From an uncultured Candidatus Berkelbacteria bacterium (GTDB lineage Bacteria; Patescibacteriota; UBA1384; UBA12157; JAENIV01), in contig OY969116.1 in assembly GCA_963698075.1 (NCBI GenBank), positions 400,097 through 464,096 on the forward strand: a stretch of 64,000 nucleotides of DNA, written 5' to 3'. Both the position numbers and the translations under genes were made by a program. Each line of letters begins with the position of its first letter. Position 1 is the first letter of the stretch. The notes beneath the pieces were generated by a model. That model was not told the origin of the DNA and did not search any database. It saw nothing but the letters and a program-made list of their open reading frames with translations. Shown piece after piece: positions 20,360-29,518 of this stretch.

Positions 20360-21612
20360 TATTCCCTCAAAGAAGCAACGATTTTATTTAAAATACTATC
20401 AGTTATGCGTTCTTCGCCCACCAAATCAATTCCTAAATTGGCTAAACTCATGGGCGTGATGTCCCAAGGATTTTTCAACTCTCCAGTTTGATCAACAATA
20501 TTTTCGACATCTTCAGGGCGGATAAAATGAACGTTGGGCTGACGGGCAAAGGGTAAGTTTGGAGACCATTGAGCATTTTTAAGAATTTCCTGGATATCGG
20601 GCAACATTGCCCCGCCACCGCAAAGTAAAATTCTTGAAGGCAAAAGCTCGACCCCGGAAAATTCCTCTAAAGTTAATTCTACTCCCGAGAGCCAAACCTG
20701 ACAATCAGTTATCAGGGCATTTTTGATAAATTTGGCATCTTCAGATCCGAGTTCGCCTTTGGAATATTTAATCTTTAAACTTTCCGCCTCCTCAAAAGAC
20801 GAACCAAAAACTTGGGCAATTCTTTTGGTAAATGTTCGGCCGCCCAAGGCAAACATTTTTGTCCCTTCAACCCCGCCCTGCCGGACCACAGCGATATCGG
20901 TAGTACCACCGCCAACATCAATAAAAATGGCACTAAATTCGGTTGATTCTTTGGGACCAACAGACCGCGCCAAAGCGTAAGGATCAGCAACGATTGAGAG
21001 TAAATCCAGTCTTAATTCAGCGGCAATTGTTTGTAAGGCTCCCAAATGGACAATTGGCGCAAAAGCATTAAAAACCCCAACTTGAAGTTCGCGGCCTTGG
21101 AAACCCAAAGGGTTGGTTACTTTATAACCATCAATTTTAACATCAACAATCGCCGCGTTAACTAATTTGACATCCATTTCCGCATGACCAGTCTCCCAAG
21201 CCAATATCTGACGAGCTCGGTCAAATGATCGATGTTGAATCCGCGCGATAATTTCTTTTAACTCCTCAAGAGTTATCCCTACCTTTGGATCAGGCCGAGT
21301 ATATTTGATTGTCGTCGTATTACCTTTGACTAATTCGCCGGCAATGCCCATGATAACTTGGGTCGGCATGATTTGAGCCTGCTCTGCCGCCCGCTCAATT
21401 GCTTTGGCGCAATTTTTTACGACGCCAGCAATATCGGTGACTGCCCCACCCTGCATATCGGAAAGTTTCTGCCTTTGTCGTCCTGACCCGACCACGATTC
21501 CCTTGTCCTCATCGACTTTAAAAATCAGACATTTAGCGAATTCAGTGCCGATATCCAAAGCCAGGGCGTATCGATTTTCAATTTTTTTACCTAAGAAATC
21601 AAATATCCCCAC
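20359..21612 (-). CDS. ftsA: FtsA-like actin-family ATPase (paralog not linked to ftsZ here)
   Basis: LDIGTE, IDVGGGTTD, GGRTFT, CGGGAMLP and an amphipathic C-terminal helix. GTG start. Confidence 0.8.
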   Translation of the reverse strand: MGIFDFLGKKIENRYALALDIGTEFAKCLIFKVDEDKGIVVGSGRQRQKLSDMQGGAVTDIAGVVKNCAKAIERAAEQAQIMPTQVIMGIAGELVKGNTTTIKYTRPDPKVGITLEELKEIIARIQHRSFDRARQILAWETGHAEMDVKLVNAAIVDVKIDGYKVTNPLGFQGRELQVGVFNAFAPIVHLGALQTIAAELRLDLLSIVADPYALARSVGPKESTEFSAIFIDVGGGTTDIAVVRQGGVEGTKMFALGGRTFTKRIAQVFGSSFEEAESLKIKYSKGELGSEDAKFIKNALITDCQVWLSGVELTLEEFSGVELLPSRILLCGGGAMLPDIQEILKNAQWSPNLPFARQPNVHFIRPEDVENIVDQTGELKNPWDITPMSLANLGIDLVGEERITDSILNKIVASLRE

Positions 21613-21763
21613 CTTTTCACCTTATCTTTTCACTTTATATTTTCTCTACTACAGCAAAAATGGGACAATTTCGTCCTTTGTTTAAGTATATCATAAAAAT
21701 CTGCGATTGCAGATTTGTCTTATTACTCTTTACTGCTCACTTTTGGAAATGTATGCTTATGGT

Positions 21764-22282
21764 ATGAAACGAGATATCATTTTAGTAGATCAAAACGATC
21801 AGGTTATTGGTCAGGAAACAAAGTTAAAAACCCATCAGGAAGGTAGGCTTCACCGAGCTTTTTCTATTTTTATTTTTAACTCAGAAAAAGAATTATTGAT
21901 TCAAAAAAGAGCGAAAGCAAAATACCACTCGCCCAATCTTTGGTCAAATACTTGTTGCAGTCATCCAAAATCAGGTGAAGATTTACTGACAACCGCTCAT
22001 CGCCGACTAAAAGAAGAAATGGGATTTGACTCTGAACTTAAAGAAATGTTTAATTTCATTTATAAAATCAAATTCTCAAACGGTTTAACGGAACATGAAT
22101 TTGACCATGTTATTGTTGGGAAGTTTGATGGGACCCCTAAAATAAATCCCAAGGAGGTTAGCGAATTTAAATGGATCGGTATAAAGACACTTTCCAAAGA
22201 TATTAAAAAAAATCCCGAGAATTACACTTATTGGCTAAAAATGATTTTGCCAAAATTAATCAGTTCTAAAATAGTTTTCTAA
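21764..22282 (+). CDS. idi: Isopentenyl-diphosphate delta-isomerase, type 1
   Basis: LHRAFS, WSNTCCSHP, RRLKEEMG, EHEFDHV, EV..W. Confidence 0.95.
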   Translation: MKRDIILVDQNDQVIGQETKLKTHQEGRLHRAFSIFIFNSEKELLIQKRAKAKYHSPNLWSNTCCSHPKSGEDLLTTAHRRLKEEMGFDSELKEMFNFIYKIKFSNGLTEHEFDHVIVGKFDGTPKINPKEVSEFKWIGIKTLSKDIKKNPENYTYWLKMILPKLISSKIVF

Positions 22283-23584
22283 TTCTCCTAATGAGTCCAG
22301 TTTTATCTCTGTATCAACTTTTTCTCCAGCGAAACTCTTCTTTATCATATTGCTGAGCGCTAAAGCCCAAACTCTAAGCATTTCTTTTTTACGGCTATCA
22401 ACGGGAATCTTATCTAATTCGCTAATTGCCGTTTTTGAAAGCTCAAAAATTCTTCTTTCACAGTCTTTTATTATCCCGTGATTTACCAATATCTCGTTTA
22501 TTTTTTGCTTATCCTCATTTGATAAATCTTTCTGCCCAATACGTTCATGAATAAATTCCCACTCCTCTGGCGAACATTTTTCTTTCGCCAATATTACCGG
22601 CATAGTTTGTTTACCTTCTGTAAAGTCCTGATAGCTGAATTTTCGATCAGCTGCTGTGCCTTTTTTAAACCCGCCCTCTGGAACAAAATCCAGCAAATCA
22701 TTCCTGAGTTGGGCGGCAATGCCATAATATTTCCCGTAATTTCCGAGCGCTTCCAAATATTGTTTCCCCTCCCCTTCATCATCAATTCCCGCCGCATAAG
22801 CCCCTAGTAACATTACTCTTTCGAAAAATTGGCCGGTTAGAAGATATAAGCGTCTTTCATAATCCTCAAGAGTTGGCGATTTTTCTTTTCCAAAGCCCTG
22901 CATGTCAAACTCTTGCCCTTCACAACCTTTATACCAAATGTCGTTAAAAAGATCCGTAACTTTTCTTTGGATATCAACATCTCTCTTGATGACTACCCCG
23001 GAATCAGGTTGAGATAGAAATACGGAACGTCCGCTTTCTGAAACTGCTGGAGGACTTTTGGATTCTTTCGCAAGACCGTCATAGACTCTTTCTTGATCCT
23101 CAATCGCTTGACTAAAAATCTTATATGCTAATTCTCTGGTAATTTCGCCGGCAATCAAAGCTCTTTCATAACCGAATTTTGCGACAACACTAGGCCTTCC
23201 GTCTCTTGTTTGATTATGATCCAAAATATCATCATGCAATATACTCGCCCCATCCATAATTCTGATTGCCGCTAATAGATTTCTAATTATTGAGGGATCT
23301 AGAGCAGGAGAGTTTTGAAGACTTGGTTCTGACTGTTTCATTAAATCGGCGACAGTTTCAAAAGATAATCTTGCAAGCAGAGGACGTCCTTTAGGTTGAT
23401 CATACCGAGGTTCAAAAAAATAGTCTGCCATTTCTCGCGAATCTTGATCTTCGATAATCGAAACGGCTTTACGTAACAAGGGCGAAACTTCAACGCCAAT
23501 TTCTCTCATATAACGGTCGACTTCTTTATAAGTTACAGGTTGAGCAACCTTAAATTCAGGACTTCCTATCACTTCATGATCCAT
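22256..23584 (-). CDS. Divergent trans-polyprenyl diphosphate synthase family protein
   Basis: FARM LHDDILD, GQEFD, SARM-like QLRNDLLD, DFTEGKQT. Confidence 0.85.
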   Translation of the reverse strand: MDHEVIGSPEFKVAQPVTYKEVDRYMREIGVEVSPLLRKAVSIIEDQDSREMADYFFEPRYDQPKGRPLLARLSFETVADLMKQSEPSLQNSPALDPSIIRNLLAAIRIMDGASILHDDILDHNQTRDGRPSVVAKFGYERALIAGEITRELAYKIFSQAIEDQERVYDGLAKESKSPPAVSESGRSVFLSQPDSGVVIKRDVDIQRKVTDLFNDIWYKGCEGQEFDMQGFGKEKSPTLEDYERRLYLLTGQFFERVMLLGAYAAGIDDEGEGKQYLEALGNYGKYYGIAAQLRNDLLDFVPEGGFKKGTAADRKFSYQDFTEGKQTMPVILAKEKCSPEEWEFIHERIGQKDLSNEDKQKINEILVNHGIIKDCERRIFELSKTAISELDKIPVDSRKKEMLRVWALALSNMIKKSFAGEKVDTEIKLDSLGELENYFRTD

Positions 23585-23604
23585 TTAACTCCTATTAAAA
23601 ATTT

Positions 23605-25347
23605 TTATTCCAAAACCGCCCTAATTCTTCTCACTCCCGCTGAAGAGGACTCTTCTTTAATTATTTTAAATTTCCCAATTTCGCCGGTACTTTGGACATG
23701 CGGACCGCCGCAGAGTTCATGGGAAAAATTACCGATACTATACATAGTCAATTTGCCATATTGGACGTATTTTTCGATGAATTGCGCTTCAGCGCCGAAT
23801 TTTTTTGCCTCTTCAACCTTGGTTTCTTTTTTGCTCACCGGAATGTCTTCGCTAATTTTTTCGTTCACGATCTTTTCAACTTTTTTAATTTGTTCATCCG
23901 TCACCGGCTTATCGTAAGAAAAATCAAAACGGATCCTTTCTTCATTAATATTCGATCCTCGTTGATGAACATCTGGCCCCAAAACTTCCTGCAATGCTTT
24001 TAATAGTAAATGCGTCGCCGTATGCATTCGGGTGGTAATTTCACTTTGACCAACCAATCCGCCTTTAAACATACCCCTAGATGTTGTTCTTGAACGTTCT
24101 TTGTGTTTTTCAATGGCTTTTTCGTAACCTTTATAATCAACTTTAAGACCGAGGTCTTTAGCAATTTCTTGACTTAAATCCGGGGGAACACCATAAGTTT
24201 GATAGTTTTCGTAAATATACTCACCAGAAGCCTCGTCGGGCTCAGAAAGAATTGCAACATCTTTAATTTTTTTAATAACCTTGTGCCTAATCGCCATCTC
24301 AAGGTCGTTTTTATACTGCTGAACCCAATCAAGGGGTTTTTGGAATTTTTCTTCTTCAGCCTGGAAAATATCTATAATAAAATCTTTGTTTTTTTCCAGT
24401 TGCGGATAGCTTTTTTTAAAATCATCAATGACTGTACTGCCGAGATTAACAATAAATCCTCTATTTGTTCCCAAAGTCTTTCCCCGTCTGACAGCTCGTC
24501 TGATCAATCGACGCAAAACATATCCTCTACCCAAATTTGAGGCTTCAATTTTTTCTGAGGCAATGAAGGCTGCCGCTTTAAGATGATCAACAATGATTCT
24601 AAATTCACGAGAAAAATCAGCATATTTTTTATCGGAATGATTCTGGATTTTCTCAATTATTGATTTAAATACGTCCGTCTCATAGACATCTTTCAAGTCA
24701 TTCAAAACCACTAACATTCTTTCCAAACCCAATCCCGTATCCACACCTTTTGTTTTCAATGGTTCGTATTTGCCATCTTTGAAGTAATATTCATTAAAAA
24801 CCAGATTCCAAACTTCGACGCCATCGACATAAAATTCAACGGTTGGTCCACAAGGGCCTTCGTTGCCGGTTGGACCCCAAAAATTGTCATCGCGTCCGTG
24901 TTCCTCAAATTTTATTCCAATATTCTGCAGAATGTGAGAGGATTCTTCATCACGAGGATTTTTGTCATCGCCAGCAAAAATCGAGCACATTATTCTTTCC
25001 GGATTAATTCCAAGTTCTTTAGTCAAAAATTCATAAGCCAATTCGATCGTCTTTTTTTTAAAGTAGCCCCCAAAGGAAAAATTTCCCAGCATTTCAAAAA
25101 AAGTCAGATGCGTTTCGTCCCCAACCAATTCAATATCGGAGGTCCGAAGACAGGGTTGGATAGTAACAACATTTTTTGCCGGCGCTTCCTCTGGATAAGT
25201 ATAAAATCTTTTAAACTGCTGCATGCCTGCCGTCGTAAATAAAACCGACGGGTCGTTTTCAGGAATCAATGAAGCAGCCTGTAATTCCTTATGCCCGCGT
25301 TCGCGAAAGAAATCAATAAATTTTTTTCTTAATTCACCTGAGTCCAT
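23605..25347 (-). CDS. alaS: Alanine--tRNA ligase (short form lacking the C-Ala domain)
   Basis: FTTAGMQQFK, HLTFFEMLGNFS, DTGLGLER, HTATHLL, ELCGGPHV. Ends GVRRIRAVLE. Confidence 0.97.
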   Translation of the reverse strand: MDSGELRKKFIDFFRERGHKELQAASLIPENDPSVLFTTAGMQQFKRFYTYPEEAPAKNVVTIQPCLRTSDIELVGDETHLTFFEMLGNFSFGGYFKKKTIELAYEFLTKELGINPERIMCSIFAGDDKNPRDEESSHILQNIGIKFEEHGRDDNFWGPTGNEGPCGPTVEFYVDGVEVWNLVFNEYYFKDGKYEPLKTKGVDTGLGLERMLVVLNDLKDVYETDVFKSIIEKIQNHSDKKYADFSREFRIIVDHLKAAAFIASEKIEASNLGRGYVLRRLIRRAVRRGKTLGTNRGFIVNLGSTVIDDFKKSYPQLEKNKDFIIDIFQAEEEKFQKPLDWVQQYKNDLEMAIRHKVIKKIKDVAILSEPDEASGEYIYENYQTYGVPPDLSQEIAKDLGLKVDYKGYEKAIEKHKERSRTTSRGMFKGGLVGQSEITTRMHTATHLLLKALQEVLGPDVHQRGSNINEERIRFDFSYDKPVTDEQIKKVEKIVNEKISEDIPVSKKETKVEEAKKFGAEAQFIEKYVQYGKLTMYSIGNFSHELCGGPHVQSTGEIGKFKIIKEESSSAGVRRIRAVLE

Positions 25348-25351
25348 TTTT

Positions 25352-25975
25352 TTACTGATTACCTAAAATTAATTTTTTGACAAAACCGGCAATGTTTGTA
25401 AACCCCAATAAAACGGGGTTGACTTTACCTGATTCTGACTGGGCATACCAAGCGTCATAAACTTTATCATACATTTCTTCGGCGCCTTTGACTTTTTTAA
25501 TGAAAAAGACGGTCTCGTAAGGCAAGGGTAAACCTTGCTCATTGTATTGATGAGCCCGGCCGACGCCGGCATTATAGGAAGCTAAAACTAAATCCTCGTT
25601 ATTGCTGAACTTATCCATCAAGCCGCGTAAATACCAGCTGCCGTATTTAATATTGGTATCCGGGTCATGAAGATCGCCCATCGATTCGCCCATTTCCGAG
25701 GCAATCGATCCAGCCGTTCCCGGCATCAATTGCATTAAACCAACCGCTCCAGCGCCAGAAACGGAATCTTTATGAAAACGGCTTTCAGTATATATAACCG
25801 CAGCAATAAAATTTGGCCTTAAATTTCTTTCCGCTGCATATTTTTTAATTGAATCTTTATAATCTAAGGGATACAAAACTTCTCCCCAAACGTGCGGGAA
25901 GAAAAAATAGAAAACTAAAAGTAACCCAACTGTAACGGCGGCTGCGATTGTAAATTTAAGCCATCTTCTTTTCAT
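25352..25975 (-). CDS. Lytic transglycosylase (SLT domain)
   Basis: ES catalytic motif, GAVGLMQLMP, ASYNAG and an N-terminal TM helix. Confidence 0.93.
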   Translation of the reverse strand: MKRRWLKFTIAAAVTVGLLLVFYFFFPHVWGEVLYPLDYKDSIKKYAAERNLRPNFIAAVIYTESRFHKDSVSGAGAVGLMQLMPGTAGSIASEMGESMGDLHDPDTNIKYGSWYLRGLMDKFSNNEDLVLASYNAGVGRAHQYNEQGLPLPYETVFFIKKVKGAEEMYDKVYDAWYAQSESGKVNPVLLGFTNIAGFVKKLILGNQ

Positions 25976-26022
25976 ACAGCCCAATCATACCAGTTCTCAG
26001 GAAAATAGTCCAGATTAAAAAA

Positions 26023-26134
26023 TGCCCGGGGCGAGACTCCCCACTCCATCCTTACTGCCTTTAGGCATGCAAAAGGGACTATGTCCTCTACTTTCAGTGC
26101 GGATTTCGAGGGGCAAGCGAATTCGCATGGGGCA
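26023..26134 (-). pseudogene. tRNA-Leu-like relic with a ~79-nt insertion in the T-loop
   Basis: Minus strand reads GCCC-CATGCGAATTCG-[insert]-AGTCTCGC-CCCGGGCA. D and anticodon arms are absent. Confidence 0.55.
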
Positions 26135-26146
26135 TTATTTTAATTA

Positions 26147-26231
26147 TGCCGGGGGCGGGATTCGAACCCGCACGGCCGGTTAAGGCCACAGCATTTTAAG
26201 TGCTGCATGTCTCCCGTTCCATCACCCCGGC
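26147..26231 (-). tRNA. tRNA-Leu(TAA)
   Basis: GCCGGGG acceptor, CAGCA-CTTAAAA-TGCTG anticodon arm, long variable arm, GGTTCGAATCC. Confidence 0.96.
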
Positions 26232-26254
26232 ACGATTAAATTATATCTTAAAAA

Positions 26255-27226
26255 TTACTTCAGGGCAATCTGCCAAGATTGGTTATTGAGTTCTAAATCC
26301 GCAGCCACCGTAAAACCAGCAGCTTTTTTATGCCCTCCGCCACCAAAAAGTTTGGCCAGCCGTGAAACATCGACATTTTCTTTTTCCGTCCGAAGAGAGG
26401 CCCTAATTTGACCTTCGGGTGTTTCAAAAAACAAAATAGCCGCCTTAGATTCAGGAATGACGTTCATTAAATTCACCACCCCAGCCAGATCGAAGTAAGT
26501 TGCCCCGCAATCCCGAAGATCCTTGCGGGTGATTACTGAAGAAACAACCTGGAGATCATTATTTTTTCTTAGCCTCGAAAGTGCCACCCCCCAAAGCCTA
26601 AGGGAGGCAACGCTTTTATTTAAAGCAACATTACGAGTAATGTCTTTGAGCCTGGCCCCGAAATTGAGCAATTCTGAAGACACTTTTAGAGTTTCGGGTG
26701 TGGTATTGGAATGTTTAAAGCCACCAGTATCGGTGTAAATCCCCGTCAAGATGGCCGTGGCAATTTCGTGACCAATCTTTACCTCCAATTTCTTAATAAT
26801 TTGCCAAACAAGCTCAGAGGCTGAGGAGACCTTTTGATCGACGAAATTTATATTGGCAATCTTCCAAAGATCATTTTTAGGATGATGATCGATATTTATC
26901 AGGTTTTTGCGAATACGGCTGAATTTCTTTAATCTTTCAGCAAAGCCGGTGCGTCTGAGATCGCCACAGTCGATGATAATAATCACCTCAAAGTCGCCAA
27001 ACAAGATATCTTTTTTTATTTTCCCGGTTTCTTTTAAAAACAAAAAGGGCTTTGGTACCGGATCTTTACAAACCATTTGGACATCTTTACTTAAATTCTT
27101 TATAGCTAAAAACATTGCGACCGTGGCGGCCAAAGTATCACCATCGGGATCTTCATGGATCATTAAGAGAATTTTTTGATAATTTTTAATTTTAGAAATG
27201 ATTTTATCAATTAGCATTGAGAACAA
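26255..27226 (-). CDS. DHH-DHHA1 phosphoesterase (NrnA-like nanoRNase/pAp phosphatase)
   Basis: HEDPDGD, IIDC, IDHH, TDTGGF, GGGHKKAAG. Confidence 0.94.
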   Translation of the reverse strand: MFSMLIDKIISKIKNYQKILLMIHEDPDGDTLAATVAMFLAIKNLSKDVQMVCKDPVPKPFLFLKETGKIKKDILFGDFEVIIIIDCGDLRRTGFAERLKKFSRIRKNLINIDHHPKNDLWKIANINFVDQKVSSASELVWQIIKKLEVKIGHEIATAILTGIYTDTGGFKHSNTTPETLKVSSELLNFGARLKDITRNVALNKSVASLRLWGVALSRLRKNNDLQVVSSVITRKDLRDCGATYFDLAGVVNLMNVIPESKAAILFFETPEGQIRASLRTEKENVDVSRLAKLFGGGGHKKAAGFTVAADLELNNQSWQIALK

Positions 27227-27746
27227 TTACTTTTCTTTCTTCTTGGGGTAAATCATTGAGATTTAATTTTAACTGAGTCAAACCTTCGTTGGAAATGCCT
27301 TCTTCTTTGAGAAAACTTTCTAAACCTGCCCTGCCGGCAGGTGGGTTTTGACTGTACATTGGAATGACAATTTGGGGATCAATTTGGTTAATAACGTCGA
27401 TGGCCATTTTTGTTTCCGTAAATTCGCCGCCGCCAACGCCAACAAGCAAAATATTAATACCCCCAAGCTTTTCAAGCTCCTCATCAGATAAAACTTTCGC
27501 TTTTTTCATCCAGCAAATAGTCATCTTTTCTGACAGAACTTCGATTGTGCCATCGATCACCTCAAGTTGGACACCACCTGACTCGTATTCTCCTGGGGTC
27601 GTTATTTCCAATTCGCCCAAAGCAATATGTTGGCCAATTTTTAACGTATATTTCGCATCGCTCGCATTATTCGCATTATTTGCACCATTCGCACCTTTTT
27701 TGGTTTTGATGGTAAAATTTTCTTGCCCTTGGTAAGTTATAATCAT
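27207..27746 (-). CDS. Short MBL-fold (Lactamase_B_3-like) protein
   Basis: MIITYQG, PGEYESGGV, ILLVGVGG, INQIDPQIVIPM. Metal-binding His residues are not evident. Confidence 0.7.
   Translation of the reverse strand: MIITYQGQENFTIKTKKGANGANNANNASDAKYTLKIGQHIALGELEITTPGEYESGGVQLEVIDGTIEVLSEKMTICWMKKAKVLSDEELEKLGGINILLVGVGGGEFTETKMAIDVINQIDPQIVIPMYSQNPPAGRAGLESFLKEEGISNEGLTQLKLNLNDLPQEERKVIVLNAN
27325..27345. repeat. CCTGCCTGCCGGCAGGCAGG-family palindrome, in frame
   Basis: CCTGCCCTGCCGGCAGGTGGG encoding PPAGRAG. Confidence 0.8.
27652..27696. repeat. Five 9-nt tandem repeats (TTCGCAnnn), in frame
   Basis: ttcgcatcg-ctcgcatta-ttcgcatta-tttgcacca-ttcgcacct encoding GANGANNANNASDAK. Confidence 0.8.
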
Positions 27747-27750
27747 TTCC

Positions 27751-28869
27751 CTACTTTTTCTTGTCGGCTTTTTTTATCTTTTTTTCTTTTTTGACTTTTG
27801 ATTTGAAGCTTAAACTAAGCTTATGAAGTTCTCTCTCGATTGAAACAATCTCAAATTCGTAACTTTTGCCTTCTTCAACTACTTGTCTTGGATCAGAAAT
27901 TTTCTGGCCAAGTTTTGAAATATGAACCAAGCCGTCTAAAGATCCGACCTTAACAAAAGCGCCAAATGGGGTGATCTTAGTGACTGTGCCGGAAACTTTC
28001 TGACCAACTTTATAAGAAGCCGCTTCCTTGAGCCACGGATCAGGCAATAATTTTTTAATCGAAAGAGAGAGTCGGTTATTATCAGTCGAGATTACCTCAA
28101 CGTCAATTTTCTGACCAACCTGAAATTCTTTATTCAGATCTTCGATATGATCCCACGAGACTTCTGAAATATGAACCAAACCCTCCATCGTCTCGCCGTC
28201 CGAAAGCTCAGTTTTCACAAAGAGACCAAAATTAACGATCCCTGTAATGTCCCCTTTGAGTTTGGTCCCTATTTTAATCTGGGATAATTTTTGTTGCCAG
28301 AGACTATCGCCAGCGGCTTTTTCAGAGAAAATCAATTTTCCTGCGTTTGGTTCAAAATTTAAGATTTTTACTTGAAAAGCCTGACCAACTAAGTTTTTCA
28401 GACGATTAAAAATTTCGTTACGATCGCCAGAAGAAACCTTGGGATAATGAGAACTAGCTAGTTGTGATACCGGTAAGAATCCCTCAAAATCGCCAAATTG
28501 ACAAAGTAAGCCTCCTTTATTGGCCGAAGTGGCTTTAACCGGCATCACCTCGCCGCTTTCATATTTTGTGGCTAAGAGTTTACTAATTCTTTCTTTATCT
28601 GCTCGCCGGAGCGACAAAACCACATCCCCTTGGTCATTTTCAACCGTCAAAACATAGGCTAAAATTTTATCGCCAACTTTAAGATCAGGCATTTCTGGTG
28701 AAAATTCTTGTTCGGGAATGATTCCCAAAGTGAAACCACCGACATCAACTAAAATTTTATTTTTGAGAATTTGCAAGATTTTAACTTCAAAAAGCTCGCC
28801 GGAGCGGATGGGGATGAGCTTATTACCGGCTTCGGAAACGATATCTTTCATTGTTTTAATGTCAGCCAT
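27751..28869 (-). CDS. rpsA: 30S ribosomal protein S1 (four S1 domains)
   Basis: Repeated S1 motifs GFLPVSQL, FGLFV..EGLVHISEVSW, FGAFV..DGLVHISKL. Confidence 0.9.
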   Translation of the reverse strand: MADIKTMKDIVSEAGNKLIPIRSGELFEVKILQILKNKILVDVGGFTLGIIPEQEFSPEMPDLKVGDKILAYVLTVENDQGDVVLSLRRADKERISKLLATKYESGEVMPVKATSANKGGLLCQFGDFEGFLPVSQLASSHYPKVSSGDRNEIFNRLKNLVGQAFQVKILNFEPNAGKLIFSEKAAGDSLWQQKLSQIKIGTKLKGDITGIVNFGLFVKTELSDGETMEGLVHISEVSWDHIEDLNKEFQVGQKIDVEVISTDNNRLSLSIKKLLPDPWLKEAASYKVGQKVSGTVTKITPFGAFVKVGSLDGLVHISKLGQKISDPRQVVEEGKSYEFEIVSIERELHKLSLSFKSKVKKEKKIKKADKKK

Positions 28870-28880
28870 ATTATCCTTTT

Positions 28881-29309
28881 TTACGCGGAAGACCTACCTG
28901 CGGTAGGCAGGTATTTTTCAAATTGTTGTTTACGTTCAAATTTTTTAATTTCTTTTGGTATAATTATTAATCGAAAATAAATAATCCACATTCCCCAAAT
29001 AATAAAGATTAAAAAATCAACCAAAATGAAAAAACGACTGCCCACATACGGGATCCCTTGCCATCGAGAAAAAACCAAAACCAAACCAACTAAGCCAATG
29101 TAGAAAAAAAGATTAAAAAGCCGATAGCGAAATTCTTTCCAAAAAGCAAACTCTGTTTTTCGATTATACCAAATCCAAAAGAATATTCCTAAAACAACGA
29201 AGACAGCAAAGACAATTGCTAAATAAAGATAATCGGAAATCGGTGGCGGCGTTTTTTCAAAAATGTATTTAGTATCAAGGAACTTTTTTAAATCAATATT
29301 TTGAAACAT
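28881..29309 (-). CDS. Hypothetical membrane protein (3 TM)
   Basis: Hydrophobic helices and C-terminal EKYLP. The true start lies downstream of tRNA-Phe. Confidence 0.75.
   Translation of the reverse strand: MFQNIDLKKFLDTKYIFEKTPPPISDYLYLAIVFAVFVVLGIFFWIWYNRKTEFAFWKEFRYRLFNLFFYIGLVGLVLVFSRWQGIPYVGSRFFILVDFLIFIIWGMWIIYFRLIIIPKEIKKFERKQQFEKYLPTAGRSSA
28892..28912. repeat. CCTGCCTGCCGGCAGGCAGG-family palindrome at a gene 3' end
   Basis: ACCTACCTGCGGTAGGCAGGT encoding YLPTAGR. Confidence 0.75.
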
Positions 29310-29323
29310 AATTTGGTTGTTTA

Positions 29324-29395
29324 TGCCGAGGGTGAGAATCGGACTCACGACACCGTGATTTTCAGTCACGTGCTCTACCACTGAGCTACCTCGGC
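29324..29395 (-). tRNA. tRNA-Phe(GAA)
   Basis: GCCGAGG acceptor, CGTGA-CTGAAAA-TCACG anticodon arm. T-loop is TCCGATT. Confidence 0.94.
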
Positions 29396-29410
29396 AAAAT
29401 AAGTTTTAAG

Positions 29411-29465
29411 AAATACGAAATGTGAAATGGGGTAAATCCCTCATCTCGTATTTCGAATCTCGAAT
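29411..29465. repeat. Two facing arrays of 7-nt repeats
   Basis: aaatacg-aaatgtg-aaatggg ... catctcg-tatttcg-aatctcg. Confidence 0.6.
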
Positions 29466-29518
29466 ATACTTATTATGGTTAGGAGACTAATATTTAGATC
29501 TTTTTAATATTAACAAAT

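Noticed and set aside
26039-26117. Group I intron in a tRNA
   Set aside because: At 79 nt it is far too short for a group I core, and removing it would not give a complete tRNA because the D and anticodon arms are missing.
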